64,000 bases of DNA, from NCBI GenBank assembly GCA_951406725.2, contig OX597824.1, positions 59,644,001 to 59,708,000 of the forward strand, read 5' to 3'. The DNA is from Octopus vulgaris. Taxonomy: Eukaryota. A program made the translations under genes and the position numbers. A model generated the notes under the pieces. It was not told the DNA's origin. It did no database searches and saw only the letters and a list, made by a program, of their open reading frames with translations. Shown here piece after piece: positions 18,376-31,400 of the stretch (position 1 is its first letter; the number at the start of each line of letters is the position of its first letter).

Positions 18376-21300
18376 GGACCGACATACACGGTGTAGATGG
18401 AACAAACAAGTCAATACTATTGTTATGGAGTGTTACTACCTGAACAAACCCGTAGACGAAAATGGTGTTCATCTTAGGGGATACCGACAAAGTATGTATG
18501 ATCAATTGAGAGAAAGAGGATTGTTTCAACTTACGGAACAGAGATTATATGATTAAACTGGAGCAATAAGAAAAAATTGTTCGTTCACAGAAGTAGGAAA
18601 GAAGCTATCAAAAGATGAGAATTGGAAAATAGCGGCAGAGGAAAAGATGAAAATACAGTTCCTACTGATAAATGTAATCTCATAGCAGAAAACAGAGGTG
18701 AAATCTCTAATAAACCACTGGAAAGGAACAGTGATAGCTTGCTCGATGAAAGACATATAAATGGTATGGAAGAAAACAATAAAACTAATGGCAACATGAC
18801 AGATGGGCAAATGGCAATCTAAGACAGCATGAAAGCAAGACTACAGGAGAATGATAGCGACATTATTTGCAACCTTAACAAGGTTGAACAGTGGAAATTG
18901 AACCAAGAAACGAAAAATATGAATGAAATTCTGAAATACATCTGAACAAAAGACATCACAGAAACAAACAATTTGATCAATGCAGCAAGTGTTGTAGCAG
19001 AAAAATGTTGGTGTTGACGTCAAGAAGAAGAAATAGAGTGAGAGTGACAAAAGAAAAGATCCCTGGTGGAAAAGGATACAGGCGGGGTTAGATATACTCT
19101 CGAAAGACATTTCTGTGTTAGACCAAAAAGAGAATGGGGAGCTTAAAAGCGAACAAAAATACAGCGCATTGAACAGGAAGTATGATATTCAAAGGGCCTG
19201 AAAATGATAATGGAGGAACTGAAACAGCGCCTTGTTGCAAAGAAAGCAAAGATGGTAAGATACAACTAAAGAATGAAGGGATACCAGCAGAATAGGTTAT
19301 TCAGAGTATATCAGAAGAGATTCTACAAAGAAATAAATGGAGAGTGTACAAATGGAAAGTTGATACCAGATAACATTGAAAGTCAAAGGTTTTGGAGTGA
19401 CATCTGGAGCAAATACAAGGAGCACAAGAAGGATGCTGAATGGTTGCAAGAACTGAAACAAAACAGTAGTCTGCCCAAAACAGGCAGAACTAGTCATTTC
19501 AGTTTGGGACGTGAAGGAAATCGGTAACATAATGGGCAATCGGAAGGCCTCGGGAACAGATATAGTTCAAGGGTACTGGATCAATAGATTTAGTGAATGT
19601 CACGCGCGAATAGCTGCACAAGTCAATACCTTGTTAAATGCCAACCAAGTAACACCAGAGTGGTTGGCAATGGATAGGGCAGCGATGTGCTTGAAAAACA
19701 CCGAAAAAGGCAATACAGTAGACAATTACAGGCCGATATACTGCTCACCACTTATGTGGAAATTATTGACTGGAACAGGCGCAGAGTCAATGTATGAACA
19801 TTTGGTAAAAATGGAGCCTTGCCATTTTGTAAGCGTAAGTGCAGAGGTATCAAGAATCAACTCATGGTAGTCAAAACTGTACTTAGAGAGTGCAAGAGGA
19901 GGAAAACTAACTTAGCCATGTCATGGATCGATTATCGTAAGGCGTACGATATGATCCCACATTCTTGGATTATGAAATGTATGAACCTATTTGGTATGTC
20001 GAGCGATTGCTTGGAAAAGGATGGCGAAGTGGAGGACGGAACTGACAGCAAATAGAAGAAGCTTAAGGACAATAGAAATCAGTAGAGGCACCTTCCAAGG
20101 GGACTGCCTGTCCCCACTGATCTTTGTTCTGTGCATGATAACACTAACGCTGATTCTGTGGAAAGTAAAGGTTGGGTATGTATTCAAAAGTCGCGAAGAA
20201 AAAGTCAACTACTAGTTATTCAGAGATGACCTTAAACTTTATAGTAAAGAAGAATCCCAAGTCAGTTCCTCTTTAATAAGGTGTATACTTTCAGTGCTGA
20301 TATCAGAATGGAGTTCAGACTGAAAAAGTGTGGTGTGTTAGTCTTAAAGTGAGGCAAAATCAAATGTATGGACGGGCTAATGATACCGTCGGGGGAGGTT
20401 ATGAAGCAGATAGCAGAGACGGACTATAAGTACTTGGAGATATTAGAAATGGATAACTTAAGGAGAAAGAAATGACAGAAAAATTTAAGGTGGAGTACTT
20501 GCGCAGACTGAGATTGATCTGCAAGTCGAAATTAAACGGACAGAATAAGATTGAAGCTATCAACACCTGGGCGGTTTTACTACTTAGATATGGAGCAGGG
20601 GTAATCCCATGGACAGTAGACGAACTGAACACCTTAGACAGAAAGACAAGAAAGTTCTTAATTGGGTATAGGATACTCCACCCAAAATGAGACACAGACA
20701 GACTGTATGTACCAAGAAAAAATGGGGGAAGAGGACTGATTGGATGCGAACACAGTATTAGAGCAGACGAAAACATCATAGCATCGTCTGTAAAAAATTC
20801 CACAGAACCGCTATTATTGCAAGTAAGAAGGTCAGGCTTTTGTAGGATGGAAGACTGCAAAGATAAAGCACTGTACAAGCACTTGAGAATGAATGAAACT
20901 GAAAATAGGTGGATAAAGAAAAGAAGGCATGGACAATTTCACAGGGATGCTGAAGATAAGACAGACAAAGAAAAAACGGCTATGGATGACTAAAAGTGAT
21001 TTAAAACCAGAAACGGAAGCTCTAATCTGTGTTGCCCAAGAGCAAGCATTAAGAATAGACAACACATCAGAAAGTGATAAGTACAGAATTTGTGGACAAA
21101 ATTTTGAAACCATATGGTACTTTACTAGTCAATGTACGCTACTAGCCCAGAAGGAATATAAGAGACGTCACGACGGTATAACAAGCATTGTCCATTGGAG
21201 ACTTTGCAACACGTATGGACTTTACAGAGCAAAAAAGTGGTACGAACATAACCCCGAAGGCATCACCGAAAATGATAATGCATGGGTTATTTTATGATTC

Positions 21301-21727
21301 AGTGCGACCATAAGATAGAAAATAGGAAACCACACATAGTGTTAATTGAGAAAGAAGGTAAACGATGCTGAATCATAGATACAACATGCCCAGCTGACAA
21401 CAAGGCATGCAATAAAGAAGAAAGAATAGAAGATAGATATGACGGGTTAGCTTGGGAGTTTAAGCAGTTGTGGTCGATGAAAAGGGTGGTAGTAATACCA
21501 ATAATTGTTAGATCCCTGAGAACGGTGAGTAAAACAATTGAGAAGTACATGGAACAAATGGGGGCTGCAATAAAGGTGGAGCACTTGCAGAAAACAGCAC
21601 TGCTTGGAACCGCTCGGATACAACGGATGGTGCTCGAAAAATAAGGGGTATTACCTCAGTTCACTGGTAGTGAACAGCTAGCACCGTAGTACATATCTAG
21701 CGTTAGAAACTGAGCACAGACAATAAA
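18376..21727 (+). mobile_element. Near full-length but decayed R4/Dong-type retrotransposon (copy D) followed by (GAA)n at 21728-21859
   Basis: 'NYRPI', 'WIDYRKAYDMIPHSWI', 'FQGDCLSP', 'KRRHD' scattered across frames with many stops. Confidence 0.88.
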
Positions 21728-21859
21728 GAAGAAGAAGAAGAAGAAGAAGAAGAAGAAGAAGAAGAAGAAGAAGAAGAAGAAGAAGAAGAAGAAGAAGAAG
21801 AAGAAGAAGAAGAAGAAGAAGAAGAAGAAGAAGAAGAAGAAGAAGAAGAAGAAGAAGAA

Positions 21860-23760
21860 CGACCTACTACCAGTGGAACAAAAGTGGTGTAGACGTAAGT
21901 GCAGAGAAACGAAGGATCAATCGATAAGACTATTCTGGCTTACTGCAAGAAGAGACAAAAATGTGGCGATGGCATGGGTGGACTACAGGAAATCATATGA
22001 CATGGTTCCAAAATCGTGGATTATCGAATGCCTTAAGTTGCTTAAGGTCTCCCACAATATCTTGAAGTTAATACTAAACTTAATGGTAACGTAGCAAACT
22101 GAACTCACAGCGTGGGGAGATAAGCTGGGGAAGGTAAATATCAAAAGAGGAATCTTTGAAGGGGACAGTCTGTCGCCTCTCCTATTTGTTGTCTGCATAC
22201 TGCCACTAGCCAGCGTTTTATGAAAGATGCGTGTGGGGTACATGCTAGGCAGGGTGAAAGTAAACAACCTGTGGCTTATGGATGACCTGAAGCTATTTGC
22301 TAAGACAGAGAAAGAAATTGAATGTTTGACGGCAACTGCGCAGATGATTAGCAAAGATCTTAGCATGGAATTTAGGAAAGAGAAATGTGGTGTAATGATT
22401 CTCAAAAAGTGGAAAATTAGTAAAAGCCATGGAGTCAAGCTGGAAAGTGGCGAAACTATACAGGAAATCGGAGATGAAGGGTATAAGTAGCTGGGTATCA
22501 TTGAAAGAGATAAGACGAATGGACACAAGATGAACGAAACATACATGAAAGAGTATGTGAGGAGAACTCGGCTTGTGCTCCAATCGAAGCAAAATGGCCG
22601 CTATAAGATTAGAGCAATTAACACGTGGGCGGTTGCTTTGCTGATATATGGGTCAGGAATAGTATCTTGTAAGAAGAATGAATTACAAGAGATAGACCGG
22701 AGAACACGTAAATGAACAAGGAGCTACACCCCAGGAGTAATGTGTCAAGATTGCATGTAAAAAGGAAAGAAGGCGAACGGGGATTGGTGTGTTGTGAACG
22801 TTGTGTAAGGGAAGAGGAGAATAGCCTGGATTGGTATGTGAAGGGGGATAAAGAAGAAATGATTGAAGCAGTGAAAATGCAGGGAACCTTAAAAGTGAAG
22901 GAACACGATTTGAGAAAGACCAGAGATAACAGATGAAGGAAATTTGGCGGGACAAGAAAATGCACAGCCAGTTCTTGAAGAAAAAATATGAGATTGCTTG
23001 CATTGAAACCTGGCAATAGCTGCAGAAGGGAGACTTAAAAGGGCCCACTGAGGCATTGGTGTGTAGCGCTGAAGAACAGCCTCTCAGAACAAACTACTCC
23101 AAATATCGCATTGATAAAATCACTGAGTCACCACAGTATAGGATGTGCTCTGAGAAGAGAGCCATATTGTTAGTGAGTGCTGTAAGCTCGCACAACGCGA
23201 ATACAAAATGAGACGACAATGTGGCCAGATATGTCCCCTGGTTGTTGTGCGATAAAGCAAACCTCGAGAGAGCCGAACACAAGCCAGAAGCTGTAGTAGA
23301 AAACGAACATTACAAAATACTCTGGGTTTTTAACATACAGTGCGACCAAGTCTCCATAAAGATGAAAAAGAAGCAAAGATAATAGATGATGCAATACTAG
23401 GTGATTCGAGGATGATATGTAAGGAAACAGAAAAGATTGAGAAATACCAGCCACTGCGGGTCGAGATAGGATAGTTCTGGGACATGAGGAAAGTAATGGT
23501 GAAACCGGTGGTAATTGGAGCATTAGGAGCAGTTTCCAAGAGCTTTGAAAAACATATTAAGAATATTGGCTGCTGTCAGGCTCGAGGTGATCCAGAAGAC
23601 AGCATTGTTGGGTACAACTCGCATTCTAAAAAGAGTATTGTCTCTTTGCGCCACAGGAGAAGGCACTGCTTGAAACTTTTGGTGATTTGTTATTGCCTGC
23701 TTTCAAGTAAAGAAAAACCGGAAATTAAGAACTATCCGAGAGTCTTTCAGAATAGCTGTA
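21860..23760 (+). mobile_element. Decayed R4/Dong-type retrotransposon (copy E)
   Basis: 'AWVDYRKSYDMVP', 'LMDDLKLF', 'PVVIGALG'; followed by (TAA)n to 23830. Confidence 0.85.
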
Positions 23761-23793
23761 GTAGTAGTTGTAATAATAATGATAATAATAATG

Positions 23794-23830
<37 letters not shown>

Positions 23831-26800
23831 GATTCAGCTCCGGGCTGAATAACAACATGGATGTTCCCTGGGAGCCTCTCTCCAAAAAACGAATTTAATC
23901 CAACAACATCGTTACAATGGAAGAAAGGTTCCACAAAATATCTTTTCCCAATTTTCTTTTAAGGCAAAGTAACTAAAAAGTCCGAACTATTATTGCCATA
24001 TATAGTATGGTTTTCTTTCTTTTATGCACAATATTTCCATGTGACATGCATAAGAAATAGAAGCGAACATCAGAGCTCTTGAAAGACAGTAAGTACATAA
24101 ATTGATTAATTAATTAATTAATTAAATAAGTATACATGCAACTGTTTATGCATACACGTACACATTTTAATTATAAAGTATACATGCAACTGTTTGTGCA
24201 TACATGTACACATTTTAATTATAAAGCATAAATAATGCATACACGCGCTCACACGTACACACAGAAAGAAAAACCACGTTACGCGGACGAAAACAAAACA
24301 AAAACAAAGCGATTTTTCACGAACAAACGCAAAAAAGAGAAAATTGGTCACTGAATTTAGAAAGTCACTACACAGTTATGCCCGGAAACATGACTACCAA
24401 AAGAAATAGAGGCGAATTTCGATCTGTAAGTCTTATGCGAGTTCGATATGAACAATATATTAATTCGGAGAATTCAGAAGCGGTGTTTTGTCAAAAAATT
24501 GACCCTGTCACCGTCACAGAAGCGGCGTCTTGTCAAAAAGTTGACTCTGAAAAAATGGACCCCTCTGATGTCGCCGTCAATCATTTAATGAAAACAAGCC
24601 AAAAATCATGCCGGATCGGTCATCGCCCGGGACAACAAGGACCGCGTTACCCAGTAGGGAACCAGACTGGGGTCGAAAAGTTTGCTGCTGGAACAAACTC
24701 TCAAAAAGACGATCTACCAGGTGACCAGAACCAGAATACTTCTAACTCTGGACTTGTAGTGACACCACCAAAAACACCACCTAAAGCAAAACGTATAAAA
24801 TGGACCAGAGAGGACTATAGAGATGTGTTGAAAGCTTTTTATACAGCCCAACTAAACCCAAACAATAACCTCAGTGTACAAACATACATCTCATGGAGAA
24901 ATTCAGTAGGCAATGACGTACGTAGATATATAGACGCAAATAAATTAAGTAATGTACGCAGAGATATAATTAAAAACAAAAGACTAACTGACGCTGAAAT
25001 TGACAAAATTAGGACACTAATAGCTCATGGTAGACCAAAAGAAAACAGCAACAATGTAGACGAAATAGGTAATAGTAGCACAGAAGCCAGTGTACAAGCG
25101 GCAAATCAACTTCCCAATGGGGAAGTTAAACAAAGAATAGCGAAGACGAGAGATTTGAAAAAAGAGGAGAACGTAGACCTTCCTCAAGAAAACCAAAATA
25201 GATATGACATAGAATTTGAGGTGAATAATAGAGAAAAGATTATGGAAGCAAAAGTGGACATTTTGAGAGAACTCGGCAAGATTGAGCTCACTGACATGGT
25301 TAATAGAGAACCACTACCAAAGTTTTCAAATGGCACAAGAAATAACAACACAATCATGACATATAACGTTGCCCTAGGACAGATCTTAAGAAATAAGGGG
25401 AATGATTTGACAACCTTAAATAATCTCATTTATTCCACTGCTAAAGTAGTAACTACCCAACTAGGTATTAAGATGACAAAGAAAAAGGCCAGGCATGTCA
25501 ATGAACCTCCTAAGTGGAAAGTAGCGATACAAAAAGAGATTGAATCTCTGCGGGCGGATGTTTCAGTTCTCGATGAGCTTGCTAGAGGAGTGAATATTAA
25601 GCCGAGAAAAGCTAGAAAAATCAAGCAAAAATATAAAATCAAAGATCTCATAAACCTCCCTGCAACTAAGGAACTGTTGAAACAACGGATACAGTTGAAA
25701 GCTCAACGGCTTAGAAGGTATGACAAAAGAAACAAATTTTATCGACAAAATAAATTTTTTAAGACAGATGCAAAGAAATTTTATAGGGAAATTGGCAAAA
25801 ATAAAATACACATAGAAGATCCACCTAAGATTGAGGAAGTGGAGGAGTTCTGGAAGAAGGTATGGAGCAACGAAAAAGAGTTTAATGCTGAGGCTGACTG
25901 GATAGAACGTGAGAAAGAGAGACTGGATGAACTTGAAGAACAGAAATGGGAAGCAATAGGAATAGAGGAGCTAAGGTGTGTCCTTAGGAAGGCTCATAAA
26001 TGGAAAACCCCAGGACTGGATCGGATCCCTAACTTCTGGCTGAATTGTTTGACAGAGGTACACGAACATCTCGCTGCATCTCTGTCTGATGTCATTCAGA
26101 ACCCAGAGCAAATACCTGCTTGGCTGACTGAAGGAACCACCTACCTATTACCTAAAACCGAAGACACAAAAAACCCAAAGAATTACCGGCCAATAACATG
26201 TCTCAACACCACCTACAAAATCCTCACATCCATAATAACGGAGAGAATGTACGCTTTCCTTGAACAAAATTCTATCCTTCCACAAGCTCAAAAAGGTTGT
26301 AAAAGAAACTCTTATGGGTGCAAAGACCAATTGCTCATAAACAGAATGATTGTAGAGAATTGCCGGAGCAAAAACAAAAACCTGAGTATGGCATGGATAG
26401 ACTACAGGAAAGCGTATGACAGTGTCCCACATAAATGGATACTCAAGGCCCTTGAGATATACAAGATCTCCCCTGTCGTCTCAAAATTCTTAGAGAATAG
26501 CATGACCATGTGGAACACACGTCTCTTTCTAAGCCATAGTAATGGGATGAGCCAGTCCAACAGCATCAACATCAAACGAGGCATCTTTCAAGGTGACTCC
26601 CTCTCTCCATTACTTTTTGCATGGCACTGATCCCACTCTCAAACGAATTGGATAGTGCCAGATATGGGTACAAAGTTTTTAGCAAGTTAATAAACCACCT
26701 TTTTTATATGGACGATCTAAAGCTGTTTGCCAAGAATGACCAAGAGCTAGAAGGGCTGCTAACAACTGTTAAAGAGTTTAGCAATGATATCGGAATGGAT

Positions 26801-28411
26801 TTTGGCCTTGATAAGTGTGCTAAAGCAACTTTTGTAAGAGGCAAGCTCAGGCAAACAGCTTCTGTTAAATTAGATATTGACACTACCATCAAGGAACTTG
26901 ACCCACAAGAAAGCTACAAATACCTAGGAATCAACGAAGGAGATGGTATACATCATGCTACTATGAAGGAAAAAATAAGAAAGGAGTACTATAGGAGAAT
27001 AAGGCTTGTACTGAAGACTGAACTCAACTCCAAAAATTGCATTGAGGCCATTAACACCCTGGCACTTCCAGTAGTCCAGTACAGTTTTAACATCATTAAC
27101 TGGAACCTTACGGAACTCCAACGCTTGGACAGGAAGACAAGAAAGTTACTGACATCCAGGAGCATGCACCACCCTAAGGCAGATGTAGACCGCTTGTACC
27201 TACCTAGAAGCAGCGGGGGGAGAGGAATGATGCAATTGGAGCTGTGCTATAAGACCTCTACTGTAGGAATGAACAGGTACCTATCTAGTACAAACGACTG
27301 GATGCTGCGACTTGTGTGTGAACACGAAAGCAGCAAAAAGCTGCATTCTATTGTCAAGGAAGCTTATAAGTTCGAAAGGGAACTAGGCATTAACCTTGAA
27401 TCAGGTGAAGAGCCAGAAACCACTGCTACCAAGCAAGCAAAGCGAATCAGGCAGACTGCAAAAAAGAATGGGCAGAATCAAATTGAGAGGCGGTGGAGCC
27501 AGAAGCCCCTGCATGGACAATACATTCTCCGAAGCCAAAATGCTGATGTAGACCAAGCAACAACCCATCAGTGGCTGAAGAGTTCTGGATTGAAAGCAGA
27601 GACTGAAGGCTTCATAATGGCAGCACAAGATCAAAACTTGTTTACCAGAAATTACCAGGCTAACGTTCTCCGAAACGGTACTGACCCTAAATGCAGATTC
27701 TGTGACACATTTGACGAAACAATAGACCATCTCGTTTCGGGATGTCCTGTGCTGACACCAAACGAATACAAAAATCGCCACGATAGGGTAGGACAGTATA
27801 TACATTGGAAGATATGTAAACACTACAAATCCGACACTCCTGCTAACTGGTATGAACACCATCCTCAGCCAGTTGTTGAAGGTAAAGATGTCACCATCCT
27901 CTGGGATTTTCCAGTCAACACTGACAGAACGATCAAGGCTAATCGACCAGACATAATTGTTAAAGACAGGGAAGAAAATACCTGCAGACTAATAGAAGTA
28001 AGCGTCCCCACTGATAAAAATGTATCTGTCAAGGAATTTGACAAACTTAGTAAATATAAGGACCTGGAAATCGAAATACAGAGGATGTGGAATCTTAAAA
28101 CAAAAACTGTTCCTGTTATTGTAGGTGCCCTAGGTATGATAAAAAAGGGATGTCAGAAACACCTAGACAATATCCCTGGAAAACCATGTCTCAAGGAAAT
28201 CCAAAAGATTGTGCTAACAAGTACTGCCCACATCCTTAGAAAAACCCTATCAATGTAAATGTTTGTGTTTGTATTACATGGAGATATTTCTCTACTTCCC
28301 CTCCCCAAGCTTTCAGCTATATTTCAACAACTCTTAACCTTCACTTGCCCTAGGGCGCTGGGTGTGCCCCGGCAGGTGATTGCATCAAACATGCAGATTA
28401 AAAGTAAATGA
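23831..28411 (+). mobile_element. Apparently full-length, nearly intact R4/Dong-type retrotransposon (copy F) flanked by (TAA)n on both sides
   Basis: Long ORF split only by a 1-nt frameshift at ~26618; structured 3' UTR; 5' boundary inferred from the end of the upstream (TAA)n. Confidence 0.88.
24378..28258 (+). CDS. Copy F polyprotein: N-terminal basic region, reverse transcriptase, CCHC knuckle, restriction-like endonuclease (frameshift at 26614-26618)
   Basis: ORFs 24378-26630 and 26621-28258 join as '...SPLLF|CMALIP...' if one T is added to the T5 run; motifs 'NYRPITCL', 'WIDYRKAYD', 'YMDDLKL', 'CRFC...HLVSGC', 'RHD', 'RPDII'; the true start may be ATG 24608. Confidence 0.9.
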
Positions 28412-28412
28412 C

Positions 28413-28466
<54 letters not shown>

Positions 28467-28487
28467 GATGATGATGATGATGATGAC

Positions 28488-31400
28488 GATTTCACTTGCT
28501 ACAAGGGTGTGGCGGTTTACATATGATAATGAAATGATAATAAAATATAATGTATACACGGTATATACTGGTAAAGAAGGGACATATGCATAGCATACAA
28601 AGGTAAAAACGGAAGGAGGATGATAGAGATGTAGCCCTCCTGATACAGGTACGTCTCTAGGGATAATCGAGGACCCCCACTGTCCGAGATCTCTTTGAAA
28701 CCCGAGGAGCAAATGCCCTCGCCAATTCCTTTTCTCCGACTCAAAGGTCTACACTTAGAGAGAAGTACCATCCACTCTTGCCATTTTCGCAACTTTCACC
28801 CCGCTTTCAATAAACTCGCCCGAGGACAGCACTTTCCTCTCCACTATGAATTTCCTTTTCAAGTGAAACTTGAAAAAGTCAATGAGAGCTCTACCAAAGA
28901 AGAATGTATCTGTCCTCATGCCTTTTTAGTCTTGTCCACAAAACAACCTCTTTCGCCACAGTCACCAGGCGAATGAAAACAGCATTGCTTGCCCGATTGA
29001 AGGAGGGTGGCGGTGCAATCATCACTACAGACTCGGTCAACAGACGGATCCGTCCAACACGTAACGGCAGCTGTTCAACATAACTCTACAAGTCAGCAAT
29101 GCCAGGACACTGAACGACCCCGAGCAGTTTAACCAGTTTAACGGGTCCGTCTGTCCAGCGCCCTACGGCGCTGTTGGACGGCATGGGCTTGCCTCTCCAG
29201 GTGCCCAGTTGCAAGCCCACAGACTTTTCCGCGTTAATCTTTGCCCCTGTCACCGCTTCGTAGTCGTTTAGTGTCTCGCCAATCAGGTCAATGTGCCTGT
29301 GGCTCGACACCATCCCGGTGACGTCGTCGGCATAGGCAGACACGCTGTTTCCACCTCCTATATCGCGCGGGATACCCCTTAAAGCCTCCAACTTGCGCAG
29401 TAATGGCTCGAAGTCAATATGTACAAGAGGGAGGAGAGAGGGCATCCTTGGCGGACCGAACGCGAGATGTCAAACGGTTTCGAAAGGTGACCGTTTACCC
29501 GTATCACCGAGCAGATGTTGCTGAATAAAGCAGCGATCCACCCACGGAAGACTGGACCGAAGCCAGCTGCCTTGAGAACAGCTGCCAGGTACCGATGGTC
29601 GACCCTATCGAAGGCTTTACTCTGAACTAAATTGATCAAAGGCCCACCCACGCCAGCGTCGTTACCCACCTTCTCTATGATGTAGCGCATGAGATGGAGG
29701 TTGTCGTGTATCGACCTGGTCGGCACGGCGCATGTCTGCGTCTTGCCAACCAGCTTGTCCACGACAAGCGCCAATCTTGGCTAGCACCTTGGCCAACTGC
29801 ATTGAGCAGAGTGATGGGCCGAAAATTCCCTATAATGTCCCCTTAGCAAAGCCACCACCCCTCGACAGACAAAAGCAGGAATTCTCCCGTTTTGCTGCCA
29901 GTTGCAGTAGACGTTTGCCAACAGGCCCGCAAACAAGTCTGGCATTGAAGTGTAAAGCTCGTAGGGCAGACCATCCAAACCCGGCGATCTACCTCTCGTG
30001 CAACTCTTCATTGCTTCCTCCACTTCCCAGGCAGATATCGGTCCTTCGCAGCACTCTGCCTCGCTGTCCGAGAGTTGCGGTAGGCCTTCCAGGTACACAC
30101 CGAAGTCTGTACCGTTGTCCGTTCCACCGCTCGTCCCAAACAGTTGAGCAAAGTGCCGCTGAAACACCGCACACATCTGCTTCGGTTCGGCAAACTCGCG
30201 CCCGTTCTGGTCCACCAAAGACCGAATGGTTGCTTTGTTGCCTCGCTTCGCCTCCGCCACGCGGGCCCATCGAGCGGCTCTAGTCCCCTCCCCGCTTAGC
30301 GAACGTGTCTTAGCTCTGACAACGCAGCCTTCGTGTTTGGTGTCAAAGTGTTGGTCGAGGGGTAACCTTGCCGCCAACGCGTCGGTCGCGATGCCAGTCT
30401 CAAGAGCCTCGTCTAGTTTCTTAACTAAATCCCGCCCTCTCTTCCTACGTTCAATAGCTAGAGTCTTATTAAACCTAATCGACTCTACTCTAATTGCTCT
30501 CTTGAGGGCAAACCACCAGTTGTTGTTGATGATTGCCCCCATGAGCGCCCGCTTAACTAGTAAACTAATCCGGTCTCTGTAAGCTTTGCACGCCGTTAAC
30601 GACGCGTTCAGCTTCCAGTAGCCGGGTCCCTGTCTATGTAACCTATCTAAGTCGACCGTGCAGATCACGAATTTGTGGTCCGTGTAGTCGACTATGTGGA
30701 ATTGTTGACACCCTATGCTGTCCTTATCCGCTGGCCTACAAAACACTCTATCTAAGTACGATCTAGACGACCCGATGCGATTGGTCCAAGTCCACATTGG
30801 CACATTCGGGTTGTCTAGTCGAAACCTGTCGGACAACTGAAAGCGTCCGAGTAGGTTGGAGAGGCTCTTGCATCCTTCTCTCCTATCAGATGCTCCCCTG
30901 CCCACCCGATCGAAAAGTTCGTCTAAGACAGCGTTCCCATCCCCAGCTAGCACTAGAGTGCGTGACGTTCCCAGGAATACTTCCAGACGTTTGAAATAAT
31001 CCGACTGCCCTGCTTCTGTCGGAGCGTAGGCAGCCAGCAGTCTGAAAGCACGGCCGTCACTACCGTCTACGTCGAGGACCACCAATTTACCTTCCGGATC
31101 CATGAAGACTGTCCTTATTTTCAAGTCCAGGCCCTTCCGAAACAAAACCGCAGTACCACCACCGCCCGCTCCCGGCCGACACGGAGATAGAAAGATCTCG
31201 TATCCGCCGAAAAGGGCTGCGAGTTCCTGCGGGTCGGAGAGCCTGGTTTCACTAATGGCTGCTACATCCACATCATGAAACCTCAGGTCGTTTAACAGGT
31301 GACCCTGTTTCCAAGGTGACCCGAGGCCTCTCACATTCAAGCAACCGATTCTAAGTTTTGCCATGTTTCAAAGGTGACAAAAAATAAAAAGAAGAAAAAG

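Noticed and set aside
24378-24607. N-terminal ~77 aa of the copy F ORF as genuine protein
   Set aside because: Not confirmed. It overlaps short direct repeats and may be fortuitously open 5' UTR, with the real start at 24608.
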